From Botryllus schlosseri (taxonomy: Eukaryota), in the NCBI GenBank assembly GCA_051294905.1, contig CM119372.1, positions 30,320,001 through 30,384,000 on the forward strand: a stretch of DNA of 64,000 bases. The letters are read 5' to 3'. A program made the translations under genes and the position numbers. Numbering within the stretch: the first letter of the stretch is position 1; every line of letters starts with the position of its first letter. The notes under the pieces are model-generated. The model saw only the letters and a program-made list of their open reading frames with translations. It made no database searches and was not told where the DNA came from. Below are positions 40,142 through 52,381 of the stretch, in pieces.

Positions 40142-40783
40142 CAGGTAAGTGCAGTAGCGCTTATTTATATTTTCATTTTCACTCGATTGCTGGTATCCAA
40201 TATTTCTCTCGAGGATGGTTAACACATAGTTACTATCAAAGTAGTAAAGCCATATAAATATTGTAAATGCATGCGCTAGAGTAGAAAATTCAGAAAGGTA
40301 GCAGCGGGAAAGTTTAAACTCTAATACGAGCACGAAAGTAGCTGTGTTTTTTCAGTCCATAGCATGGTTTGGGCCCACCAACAGGACTATTATTGTCTGG
40401 TGCAGTGGTGTAATAGAGTTTTGTGATCAAGACATATGGGGCGTATTACTACAGCTCCATTTCGATACGAGAAGAAGCTACTATAGTAGGTCGCGAATCA
40501 AATAAAACGTCAGTGCTACATAGCGTAAAACAGCTTATATCCTCCGAAAATTGCGGCGCCATATTGCTTGTTTTCGTCCCAGTCATAGTACATCAATAAA
40601 AGCAGTACTACACTGCAACAGTGGCCCACAACTTTTATACTAGTTTGACAGAATTTTTGATAATTCAATCTAACCCGACCGAAGCAGTTACGATACATAC
40701 CGCAAATATCGCTATCTATAATGTTATACATGCATAACTAAAAGAGAACGCGTGATGCAATATCTGCCCATCGGAACATCCCT

Positions 40784-41923
40784 CTACTTAGGTGGCTTTT
40801 GGCCCATGCTACTCCATGTTTTACTTGTGAATAGATTTTGCGATTTCAATTGTTTTGTTAATGTCTGTCCGAGATTCATGAAGGGCAATTGACCGACTCC
40901 GCCGTTCCGTCCTACAGGAATAAGCATGAGGGTGCTGGTCGCAGGCTTGTAAGCGTGCAATTTGCCCCCTTTCATGGAGGCTGCGATGTTCTTAGCCACG
41001 ATGTCCCTATGTCCCTCCGCAGCTAACACCATTTTCTCTTCATCTATGTCTACTATGTCACCGATAGCGAAGATATTCTCGGCACCTTCCACTCGCATGA
41101 AATTGTCGACTGTTATCAAGCCATTGTCTTTCACCGCACTTCCGAGAGCGTTCTTGAAGGCAGCTGTATTTGGCCTACCACCGGTGCAGCGAATCACCAT
41201 GTCGCATTTGATTTCCTTGCCACTCGTTGTTTTCACTACTTGGTCTTTGACGCATTTGTTCAACTCAAGATCTTGGAGGTTACTTACTCTTTCGTTAAGC
41301 ATCAGCTCGATGCCCTTGCTCAACATTAACTTTTTGAGTGACTTCTGCACTTTCGAATTCACCCTGGCGGAGGCCAAGGTATCATTCGCGTGGATGAGAA
41401 TTATTTTCTTGTCCGGGTAATCAGTCTTCAATTCGCCAGCCATTTCCACTCCGACCGGTCCGCCTCCCACACAAACGATAGTTTGGGATTCTTGAATGGT
41501 ACTGTTGAGGTTCTTGTAATGTTTCTTGGTCTCTTCCTGAGTAGATTGTGGGTATTCTGGTGACAGTTGAGCTGGAAACGAACCGCTTACGCCAGTGGCA
41601 AGTACCAAATGATAATACGTAATTTCTTGGCCATTGTCCAGCGTCACCGAGTTTCTCTCTCTGTTAATTTGCGTCACTCTGCCTTGGATAAAGTTCTCCC
41701 CGAATGTATGTCTCAGTGGGATCATGAGACTCGGGACGAAGTCCGGCTCCACCGCTGCCCTTAGCGCCCCCACCGCATGGAACATGAAGTCGTAGGGGTT
41801 GATAATTTTCACGTTTTCGGTGCTAAGAAGCTTCCGGCCGAGTGTGGCACCACCGTATCCCGCACCCACAATGACAATGCTGGCATTTTCTGAACGGTGA
41901 ATATTTGATGCTCCGTTACCCAT
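40784..41923 (-). CDS. AIFM2: Ferroptosis suppressor protein 1 / AIF family member 2 (FAD-dependent NAD(P)H oxidoreductase), 379 aa, single coding exon
   Basis: MGNGAS myristoylation-type start; IVIVGAGYGG; H.VGALRAAV; LVLATG; VGGGPVGVEMAGELKTDYPDK; FAIGD; GRNGGVGQ; C-terminus LFTSKTWSSMGQKPPK. Confidence 0.93.
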   Translation of the reverse strand: MGNGASNIHRSENASIVIVGAGYGGATLGRKLLSTENVKIINPYDFMFHAVGALRAAVEPDFVPSLMIPLRHTFGENFIQGRVTQINRERNSVTLDNGQEITYYHLVLATGVSGSFPAQLSPEYPQSTQEETKKHYKNLNSTIQESQTIVCVGGGPVGVEMAGELKTDYPDKKIILIHANDTLASARVNSKVQKSLKKLMLSKGIELMLNERVSNLQDLELNKCVKDQVVKTTSGKEIKCDMVIRCTGGRPNTAAFKNALGSAVKDNGLITVDNFMRVEGAENIFAIGDIVDIDEEKMVLAAEGHRDIVAKNIAASMKGGKLHAYKPATSTLMLIPVGRNGGVGQLPFMNLGQTLTKQLKSQNLFTSKTWSSMGQKPPK

Positions 41924-42537
41924 GTCTTGTTAATTAAAAAATAGTTCCTCTAATGCTAGAATCTATAATTCACGACCAGATTAATGTATGTTACATATTA
42001 CTACAACCGACATTACAGTGATATTTCTTTGCAATTTACAAACTACTCAATGCTCATACGATCATACCAACACTGGAAATAAAATCGATACTCATTAAAA
42101 TGTTTCAAAACCACGTTATCACACTAGCTATACATTGAAGCGATATGTGGCAGGGTCTCAAACATATTCATAAAACGAACTGGACAGCACAAAGACCCTA
42201 AAATAAACGATGACTATAAAATAATATCGTTGCTCCAAACATTTCAGACCATCGAAGCAACGATGGTGTTGTACCATTTTAATACTGCGTATCAGCACTA
42301 AAATCTAATCCGGTCGATTGCATAAGAAATTTGGCAATCCCACTTCTATTGATCCATTCCAGCGTTAGTTTCCGAAGCACTTGACATATGAGATCAATAT
42401 AGACCAGGAACGGTGAACTAACCCCGTCACTGGTTGTCTAACTGCTATTACATTTAAAACTATAACTCCTCAGTACCTGAAAGCATATCAGCATTCGAGT
42501 CTCCGTAATTATAGTCTATTGACTATATATATATAGC

Positions 42538-43002
42538 TAGGCTTACCATACGTCCTCTTTTAAGAGGATTTGTCCTCTTTTTTGACTTTTTTGAAAGTGT
42601 CCTCGGAGGACGCCCTTTTGTCCTCTTTTTTGAGATTTTGTCCTCTTTTTTGAAATTTTAGGTAAGATTTAGAGGAAATTGTGAGATATATACCGCAAAT
42701 TAGCGCAGAATTGAAGCTCCGGCGGGTATTTCGGAGGGAAAAGTGGTGATTCCAGCTCTGAGCGAAAAGAAGCCCTTTTTTTTTTTTTTTAGTCAACCAC
42801 CTAGCAATGTGGAGTGAAAAACGTGTTTCTGAGCTCTGAGCGGAAGTGATGACCTTTTTTTTTTTTTTTTTTTTTTTTTTTAGTCAACCGACCGCAAACT
42901 GGGATAAATTCACCGGATTTTGAGAATTCTACTCCGGTTTTGTATCTTGCAAATTTCTGAAAAAGTGTCCTCTTTTTTCATTTCCGAAATATGGTAAGCC
43001 TA
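42538..43002. mobile_element. hAT-type MITE (GTCCTCTTTT repeats)
   Basis: Termini TAGGCTTACCATA...TATGGTAAGCCTA; inverted sister copy at 45884-46266; TSD not preserved here. Confidence 0.8.
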
Positions 43003-44725
43003 CCATAACGGAACCCCCCACCCTTTCAAGAAAACCATGGATGGCATGCCGTCATATCGCCTGTATGGGCAGTACGCCGTTGGCCTATTATATGTCTTAG
43101 ATATCTCGTTATTCTACTACATGTTGGCATATTACTAATTGTAATTGGGTATATTTGCTGTAACGATAGCGTACCATCATTGTTTAGAAGTACCAAGCCA
43201 TGCGTGTGATCCTGATGTAAGCCGTGCTCTTGGTCTGCTGTTGTTCATATTTAATTGTCATATTTAGTAATTGTTTACCTTTCTACAGGCATAATTAGTA
43301 ATTAAGATCAATGATGTTAGTCTAGGATTGTTGCCGGAATAAATTGGTAAGATTTGCATTGTTAGATAGGACGCAGTAGGCTAGTATTGATTCTGTTTTG
43401 TGTAACTTTTAGTTCACCGTATCACTTCCGTATTTCCACTGCAAAAAGAATATTCATGCGCCTTGGCTTTAGTCAACGAATATATTGGAGGATATACAAG
43501 TGTGGATTTGGTTGTGGTACGCGTTGACTACCGGGAGCCTTGCTACGTATTTCGAGTTGATCTTGAAGACCCGTGATATTTGCTATCATCATTTTAAGTG
43601 GTTTATAATACATATGTATTGTCATTTCTAAGTCATATGTTATAGTGTGATTTAAACAACAATAGCTAAATCACTCAATTTATATATTTAAAAGCTCACT
43701 GGTGATAATCTGACGAATATTGGCAAATGCTGCTATTCGATCTATTTTTAGAACAGGCTCGCGGGCCACTCATCTGGTCCTCGCGGGCTACCTGGGGCCC
43801 GCGGGCATCAGGTTGGTGACTCCTGACGTAGAGTAAACACATAATGACAGATGAACTAACGCTGGCCGGGTTTATTTTGTTTTTGTTTTTAGGGGTATGA
43901 TTGGGGTAAATTTGTGGATAACGTATCAAATTTTTCACGTAGGCTAATTACTGTAGAGAAATGTGAATGAAAGGGAGGCTGCGTCGATAAAGTTCAACAG
44001 TGAACGATTCCGTGCCATAAATTCCGCAAATAGTTAAGAAGCTATTACGAGTGACCTCGACACCAAAGAACGGTAGGCTATAGCTGCAGCTAAAATGCAA
44101 CGTGACATTTTGTAAAACGCTTTGCGCTGCAGTCCGAACGGACGGTGGCTTTCTGAAGATGAGGGACTTATTCGCGCTCTCAGTGCGACCACGGAGCGCA
44201 GTGCCTTGCAAACGAAACCGAATCTATTCCATGACACATTTGGTCGGTTATTAGATGCAACGCATTCGATAGTTTGGCGTTTATTACTCAAACTTGGGTA
44301 ACGCAGTGATTTGCTATCCAAGTTCAAAGAATTATACTCTGAACTCGTTTCTAATACTCCGACGATCTCAGATAAATTGTCATTATGACACATTTCAAAT
44401 ATTTAATATTCCTAATTTTGTAAATCCGGACATCACGCAGGTAGACATGGGGTAATCGCGATTAGTAATCGTAATCGATTACGACGATTACAGCATTTTC
44501 AAGTAATCGTAATCGCAATCGATTACATTCGAAAAAAATCCGAAGTAATCGTAATCGTAATTGACTACTTCACATATCTAATCGATTTTTTTGTGAATGA
44601 ACGATTACTTTTTATTTGTATAAGGACAATGACATAAACTGAACATTCATGAGCAAGGACGAGATATTATACCAGGTTAGTGATAGCACATAGTCTGATT
44701 TTCAAACGCCACTGCTTCATATTAC

Positions 44726-44815
44726 GTCCGACAAGATAGCGTAATGGTGAAGCGCCCGGCTTCTCGATCGGTGGGTCGCGGATTCGATCCCCGGTCGGGT
44801 CAGACCAAAGACCTG
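44726..44815 (+). mobile_element. tRNA-derived SINE head
   Basis: A-box TAGCGTAATGG, B-box GGATTCGATCC, followed by GGTCGGGTCAGACCAAAGAC; no canonical anticodon arm. Confidence 0.65.
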
Positions 44816-45344
44816 ATTAGTAATATGACCTCGACGTCTTAAGCTAGCTTAGCCGGTCTAATGTCAAATGTTTTATTACCCAATATTAAGAAAACAAATT
44901 GTATATCCGTCTTGACCTTAATTGTACGTTATCGCTGGTAGACTGGAGATTGTCCGCGACTGTTAGCTTTGTCAGTGGCCCGTGAGTTTGCATTCTTCAA
45001 CAACGTATTGGACCGGCTAATCTTTTTTTGTTGATATGTGGCAACAATCCATCTTGGTACCGTAAAAAAAAATCCCTTTTCGTGTGTTTGCGTCGTTGTT
45101 TGGTTTGGTTTATTGAACACATACAACAGTGGTGTTTATCGCCTATTAAGGTCATGTACACCACGACAATGATATCAGTAATGTTCAGGGTCTTTGCTTT
45201 CGTATTCTTTCCGGATGACTTCCACACTCGCGCGCTCCCAACTTCAGTCTCTCTCTCTTTCATGCATCCGGAGTCGTTCTTTACTGCCGTCTTGTTACTG
45301 GCGCGGCTCACCATCATACTGGGCTTTTAGAGACACTGCTATAG

Positions 45345-45463
45345 CAGTGAGGTTAGCGATGAGGAGCCCAGATAAACCTCCGACACATGTTGGCCCGAAC
45401 CGAGATTCGAACCACTGCCATTGGTGTCGTGACGCTGGCGCTTAACCAACTGCGCCACTCGCG
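45345..45463 (-). mobile_element. tRNA-derived SINE fragment
   Basis: A-box TGGCGCAGTTGG, B-box GGTTCGAATC; body shared with 48585-48707. Confidence 0.7.
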
Positions 45464-45883
45464 TTGTAGTACAGACGCTAACCTTTATTTGTCAAATTGC
45501 AATCGAAAAATCATATCCATTTCAAATGTACTCTCTGAGATGAAATGATGGAGTTGAAGTCCGCAGTTGTGTGACTAGGTTAAGATAAAATCTTACGGTG
45601 CTTGAAAGGCCATAAATGTTTGCCAATTGATTCAGTTACAAATCGTTATCTAGTATCCAATGTACACCATCTGGAATAATCCCCCCCCCCCGAATTCTTC
45701 CCTATAGTTGTCTTTGTGTAGCGGTTTACTGTGCGTGCCAACTAATTATGCGTAGACCAAGGTGAATATTAACTATGTCATTTGTCGAAGCATCGCAGTG
45801 TGTGGATTCGAAATCTTTGATCCAGTGGGGTTTGTCTGTTCGTCGTACTGTGCAACACCATTTACTTATTTACGTATCTATAA

Positions 45884-46266
45884 TAGGCTTACCATATTTT
45901 GGAAATCTAAAAAGAGGACACTTTTTCAGAAATTTGAGACTTGCAAAACCGGAGTAGAATTCTCAAAAATCGGTGAATTTTTCCCACTTTGTGATCGGTT
46001 GACTAAAAAAAATAAAAAAATAAAAAAAGGTCAACTTTTCGCTCAGAGCTCAAATCACCGTTTGTCACTCTGAAATACCCGCCGGAGCGTCACTTCTGTG
46101 CTAATTTGCGGCATATCACTCGCATTTTGCTCTAAATGTAACCTCAATTTTCAAAAAAGAGGACAAAATCTCAAAAAAGAGGACAAAAGGACGTCCTCCG
46201 AGGACATTTTCAAAAAAGTCAAAAAAGAGGACAAATCCTCTTAAAAGAGGACGTATGGTAACCCTA
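45884..46266. mobile_element. hAT MITE
   Basis: Termini TAGGCTTACCATA...TATGGTAACCCTA; perfect TSD atctataa. Confidence 0.9.
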
Positions 46267-46867
46267 ATCTATAACCAATTGCAATAATGACGAAGACATC
46301 CCTCGTCACAGATGCTTGAAATTACGGGAATGAATTTCTCAAGCCCTGTGTCGACCATAGACATATATATACTTCCTTGTGTCTTGGATCAAAAGATATG
46401 TTTATTTGTCCAGGATTTGTGGCCGCAGAATCAAGGAAGGCGCTTTTCTGATGGTAACATTTGGCTTTTCATATTGTGACGTCATATGGTAGCTTGCTAC
46501 TACGCCACGTTGTTAAGAATTTATTCGCGGCAAATTGGTATTCTGGCTACACCCTACACCAGGAATGCGAACCGAACATTCTGACCTTGTACAGTGTACT
46601 GTACGTACACGAGTTGTTCTGTGCATGGTTCCATGATCGATCCTCGTCGATTCTTTCTTGCTGCGAATGGTTTTTCTCTTTCAGTGTCGGATGTCAAGTG
46701 CGCCGTTGTGAGTGAGTGAGCGAGTGTTTGTCAGTATTACGTTGCACCATTTAAAAATATATATTGCAATGAACACTTGTGGGACGTGTTATGTACGACG
46801 TACGTGTATGATTCTATGTAGATAATGAAATAAGCGGGTTCAAAGATGTGTTTCAATCACCCATCAA

Positions 46868-48193
46868 CAGGCCGTGTTATTTTTGGCATATGCCAAAACT
46901 GCCAAAAATAGCTTATTTTTGGCATTTTTCGATTTTTAGTTTTGGCAGTTTTGGCATCGACCTCTAAATAGATAGTTTCAGCCTCGAATTAGTCACAAAA
47001 AGGCTTTATTTGGGCTAGTTTGTCAAAAGACACCACAACATGACAGCATCCACGTATAATCATTGTCAAGAAACAATAAGAAGAAAAAACCTAACGATTT
47101 CATAGATTAATAATATCAAACGAAACCACAAAATGTGCAGTATCCATCGGAATCGGTGCCAATAAGCAAAAAAAAGGAAAGAAAAGCCAAACAAACACGC
47201 TCAACAGCTGATTTAACCTGTTGAATAGACTTAAATCGTTTGCACTGTAACAGTGCTTCGAGACTCAGGTAAGCTAAGTTTCTCCTAAATTCATTTCTCT
47301 CCCAGCGAATCTGGCTAATATAGACTTTAACAGTAGTCGTTGAGGGAAAGAATGTTGCCAGTCATTCAAAAAAAAGGTTTTCATAGCTTCAAAATCTTTG
47401 GAGGGCCGAACCGGCTTCCATGCATCATGAAAAAAGATCACTTCGCCAGTGCCATCGATCTCATCGCGGAAAGAATTTTCCAGGAGTTTACTGCGTTGTC
47501 TCTCTCTCTTATTTAGTAGTCCGACTATCATTTCTCCTTCAGTCTCTACCGATATATTTTGAGAGGACTTTTATCACTTCAGGTGGCTCGCCAACCAACC
47601 AACTCGCATGGAAGAGTCCTGGGAAGGTTAGCTTGTTTAAAGAACATTGACGCAACAAGACTGTCATGTCAGGCAAAACGAGACTATGCAGCTCATAAAT
47701 AGCCAGACAGTTTGTTGCGTCACAATGCAAAAATCGTGGTTGATTTTGGGGGTTCCAGTTCCATGAGCAGAATATAATTAATATTTTAATAATCGGCACT
47801 GCGGCAGCTTCTCATTGATACCCGTTTTATCAAATTTAGCGCTCGACAAGCCGGTAAAAACTGGTCGTCAATTTGCCTTTGGACAAATGGAAAGTATGAC
47901 GTGATGAAAATGCAGTCAGCCGTCCAATCTCGCTGTGCCCACACCATTTAGGACACTATACATTCACCCCTAATGGGTGGGCTGGACCCAGATTAAGAAA
48001 CCTGCCTGTCACAAACGTTCTTCTCGCTTTTAACGCGGTCCTGTTAACACAACACCATGAACGAAATACACTATTTGGTAGGCCGTGTTATTTTTGGCAT
48101 ATGCCAAAAATTGCTTATTTTTGGCATTTTAAAATTTTTATTTTTGGCAGTTTTGGCATATAGCTCCTGAAATGCCAAAAATAACACGGCCTG
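46868..48193 (-). mobile_element. Internally deleted hAT element with transposase C-terminal relic
   Basis: Termini CAGGCCGTGTTATTTTTGGCA...TGCCAAAAATAACACGGCCTG; perfect TSD cccatcaa; minus-strand relic ~47230-47360 LATFFPST..V...SQIRWERNEFRRNLAYLSLEALLQCK. Confidence 0.85.
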
Positions 48194-48584
48194 CCCATCA
48201 ATCATCCACCACGAGACTGCGATACAATGAAAGATGAGAAGGCGTCGAAACGATTTGGAGCAGTGTTCGAAATCAGACATCAACATGGCCTAGATCAGTG
48301 GTCGGGAACCTTTTTCGTCCGAAGAGCCATATTGACCTTATATTTTCCATTTGAACTCCAAAAGAGCCAGACATATCTATTACGTCACACTTGAAAAATC
48401 GTGACGTCGTGGTAGCGCACTCCTACTAATCATGCTGGATGCCTTTATTTGAGTTTGTTTGTGGTATTCATGGTGTTTGTCGACTACTATGGTCATTTAC
48501 ACCATGCCGATATTGTTCATTATTTTCCGTAACTGCTGACTTAGCACGGCCCACCTCTAGGCTTTTGTAAGACACCGCTTACGC

Positions 48585-48707
48585 GGACGAGGTGGCGAGG
48601 AGGAGCCTAGGTAAACCCCCGACACTTCAATATCGGAATTCTGAAGTCGACTTCGGTTGGACTCGAACCCGCACCTATTGGTGTTGCACCCACTGCGCTA
48701 TCTCGAC
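48585..48707 (-). mobile_element. tRNA-derived SINE fragment
   Basis: A-box TAGCGCAGTGG, B-box GGTTCGAGTC; tail tgtcgg.ggttta.ct.ggctcctc.tcgc shared with the 45345 copy. Confidence 0.65.
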
Positions 48708-50952
48708 ACACCTTTATTTGAGTAATGAGTATGCAAACTTGAGTTATATCGATCTTTTGCAAGTCATATATTTTTAATTTTATTGCACTGAGAGGCATAT
48801 GATATTTTTCGAAGCATAAGACCATTACCATTTAGATTTCCAACAGACGTGGACAACAGTAAAAGTATGAAACTCTTTTTGCACGGTTTTATAGTTAATG
48901 CGTCTTTTGGTGTTGCATGGAATTCCTGATGACTATGAGTCCGGTCGATAATTATTATTGAGGTTAAGCTTCATACGAAATTTGAGACTTTCTTCAGTCA
49001 TTAGATCGTAGGTTCGTCTTGATGATGCTAATCTTAAATGCGAGGACCCATATGATTCGCAGGTGGAGCCAAACATGGCCACAATGCAGAAGTGTGCATG
49101 CCTCCTCTTTACATCGGGTGTCTGATTCCATAGACTACTCCAAGTTGCTTCGACATCTTCCCGTCTTTTCATTGTACCGGTATCGCATTTTTGTGGTGCA
49201 TTGAACTGGTAAAAATTGCTAATAAACCAATGATGATGACACACCCACCGTGGGGGAAATTAGGGTTATGGGAGGGGGGATACTAGGGTTGGGGATATTA
49301 AATAGAGTCTATCATTTGCTAATTTATCAGTTTAATATTGCAATTTTTACACAGCCTGGTTAAAATCCAGCCCAAAGGACGCTCATCACTGCAGATAACA
49401 CATGAAACCAACCCAAAATACCAACGAGCGCCGTTGGCCAAGGCTTTTTTCGTCATATTTTATTATATAATATCAATGCAGTAGCAGATCGGATGAATAC
49501 CACACGAAACAAGAAGGTTATATTACAAACGTCATTTGCCAATTGCAGAATTAGATCAACAAATGAGCAAAAATCGGCCCCGGGAAAGCAAAGTCGCAAG
49601 GAATCGTACATGTGTAACGTGAATATGGTCAGACAAGTTTTCTACACTTTGTTTCACAATGCAAAATTTTACCAAGGCTCTTACGATCAAAATATTCACT
49701 TGCACAAAGAGCAAATATTGACACAAGCGGCCCTAAGACAAGAATTTGAGATCTAATTGCCAGCCGGATCAAATCCCGTTGAAAGAGGACAGGAAAAAGG
49801 TCACAAGAATCCTAGAGCAATACATTCAGAGAGCAATACGCCCTAAATTAACAAGATCCAGGAAGTAAACACTTTACATCAGAAGACGATGATCGAAGTA
49901 TGTTTGCAAAACAGTAAAAAGTTGGCGTAATATAATTCCGGCACGCCGCAAGAACAATAATACACTATGCAATTGCCTACGTCAAAGATTCTTCCCGATA
50001 GTTTACGCGTACCATTATCATTACCAGAGATATTCCAAAATGAAATGTCATCACTATACGGGAACCAATAACGGTGCGAGACCAGAATACCTTGCGAGAA
50101 GGCAGGAATTTTCCACAATCAAACTGCGCGGCTCTAACTCGTAATGCAGCCAGCAGAATCAAACGCAAAAATCACCGATTCGCTAGCTTCGCATAATAAC
50201 ATTAGCCAAATCCAAAATTTGCAGACAAAACTAGGCGGCATAAATTCAAAATTATCCAAAGAAAGCGATTGTCACACGACGGCGCGTTACGGGCCGGTAA
50301 TGACAGTCGGAGATTGCAGACAAGTCTATGCAACGGAAAGAGTAACTTCGACTCCAAACAAAGAGCACCATCAATAGAGAGAGAAAAATTTGCCTTGTTC
50401 GCTCGGCGGAAATTGCGAGGATATATCCCGAAAAGGCGTGTCGCAATCATTTTCTATTAGGTCTCGGAACGTAGGTAATGCAATCACGATGCTTCGGTCG
50501 ATTTACTAGGAGAACTTTTCGAATTCGCTTGGGGTCGAGCCTGATCGACTGACCTCTCCGGCGTGCCTGCGGAATAAGATAGGTGATGAATTGGCCGTGG
50601 ATAGATTTGCTGCCGAAAGTTATGCAGAAGGAATGAATGGTACAGATTAATCTGGTGGGATCAGCGAACAATCGTTTGAGAAAAATGGCAATGGTATTCA
50701 TTTCAGTGACAAACAGTAGAGTGTCAAATAATTCAGGTTAAGGCAGAGTCGGTTTTATTTGAACAGTGACATTCCATTCGAGCGACAATGTATATGATGT
50801 CCATACGAGTGACAAGTAATTCCAAGTCCAGATTGGATCAGATTAATTTCAGCGACAGTTCATTTGAGTGAACAAGTGTCAAGGAAGGTCAGTCCAGGTG
50901 GGATCAGATTAATTTTAGCGACAGTTTATTCGGGTGACAAATAATTCAAGTT

Positions 50953-51498
50953 AGGTTAATGCTAGGGCCAGATCAGGTTAGGGTTACTGTTCGTGGTTAG
51001 ACTCTTCGATTCAAATACAAATTGCCAACGTCTCACTCTCACTCAAAACGAATACATTTCCTTCACTCAATAAACACACGGTCAAACTCGACATACCTTT
51101 CTGCGGCGTCATCTTTCTATTAAGGAGAGAATTGAAAAAGTTGGCCAGCACCCTCTCGCTTTCCTCCGGCTCCGGCTTTTCTGTCTTCATCTTGCCCACG
51201 GGCGTCGATGTCGCCAGCCCGCCGAAGGTTAATGCTAGGGCCAGATCAGGTTAGGGTTACTGTTCGTGGTTAGACTCTTCGATTCAAATACAAATTGCCA
51301 ACGTCTCACTCTCACTCAAAACGAATACATTTCCTTCACTCAATAAACACACGGTCAAACTCGACATACCTTTCTGCGGCGTCATCTTTCTATTAAGGAG
51401 AGAATTGAAAAAGTTGGCCAGCACCCTCTCGCTTTCCTCCGGCTCCGGCTTTTCTGTCTTCATCTTGCCCACGGGCGTCGATGTCGCCAGCCCGCCGA
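50953..51498. repeat. Tandem duplication, 2 x 273 bp (50953-51225, 51226-51498)
   Basis: Both copies begin aggttaatgctagggcc and end gccagcccgccga; no differences seen by eye. Confidence 0.9.
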
Positions 51499-51610
51499 TC
51501 GTAGCCCGCCCGACTGGGGCGCCCTTACCTCTGCCCATGTCCAGCGCAGGCCTGTTGGGCACCGACATTCTCGGAGAGCTCGAGGCTAACGGCAAGCTGC
51601 CCATCGATGA
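51370..51610 (-). pseudogene. Isolated exon of a cytoplasmic dynein 1 light intermediate chain (C-terminal adaptor-binding helix)
   Basis: SERVLANFFNSLLNRK matches the DYNC1LI helix SEGVLANFFNSLLSKK; (CT)n..CAG acceptor and G|GTATGT donor; no other LIC exons seen in the window. Confidence 0.75.
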
Positions 51611-52381
51611 CTGGGACAGAGAGAGAGAGAGAGAAAATAGGAGAGTGCGACGACGCAACACCGCGACTCAATATAAACTCACCAGAGCTCTTGCCAGGAA
51701 AGCTTGCTCGTCTTCCGCAGCTTGTAACGTCTGGAACGGGAAATGCGGAAGGTGTCAAAGTAAATGTCGTCGTTAGTTATTTTGGAGATAAGCAAAATCT
51801 ACTTCAGGTAGACGAAGAAACGACTAATCAGAAGTACTCGAGAGAGTAGATTGGAGAAGTAGATTGCAACAAAGCAAAGCGGGAGAGACAACGAGTTCGT
51901 ACCCTAGTTTGTGCAGAGAGAAGGAGTTTGTGTACCATCTAAAATTGTAGCCTACATTGAGCTTAAGCAATCTCTTCGCCCCTATTGCTCCAACTTTCAT
52001 GCCGGTGACGTCAAATTTTGTGATACGATTGTTGATATACAATGTTCTTTTCAATTCTCAACTAGTTGCTGACGATTACCCCTGACGAGTGTCAGCTGAA
52101 TATATTTGGGTTCATTTCAATATCACTATACTTTTCAATTGTATGCTGAAGTTCTGTACCTCCAAGAAGCTCTTCAAATACCCGAGCGACTCGATGGATC
52201 GGGCTTCGAGTATCGTTCACCATAAAGTCACAAGAGTATGCATGATGAGGAAACCTCCAATAATACCTTTTACGCGACTACAAAGCAAATATTTCTACAG
52301 CAAATATAGATAATTTGGTATTATTTCAACAATAATTATTTCGTGGCACTTTGTGAAAACGCGTTGGGTTGTTATCTAGAC

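Larger units (their letters stand above)
49480..52200 (+). mobile_element. Highly degenerate Penelope-like element remnant (boundaries approximate)
   Basis: ORF end YPSLCREKEFVYHLKL (~51900-51948) matches the 11.7-kb element end and is followed by the same pseudo-LTR; a possible N-terminal relic SFLHFVSQCKILPRLL near 49640 is weaker. Confidence 0.5.

Noticed and set aside
38373..40333. YGM/WYG-repeat ORFs
   Set aside because: Translations of the (CCATA)n subterminal arrays of a MITE
44726..44800. Possible tRNA gene
   Set aside because: Has A and B boxes but no proper acceptor or anticodon stems; treated as a SINE head
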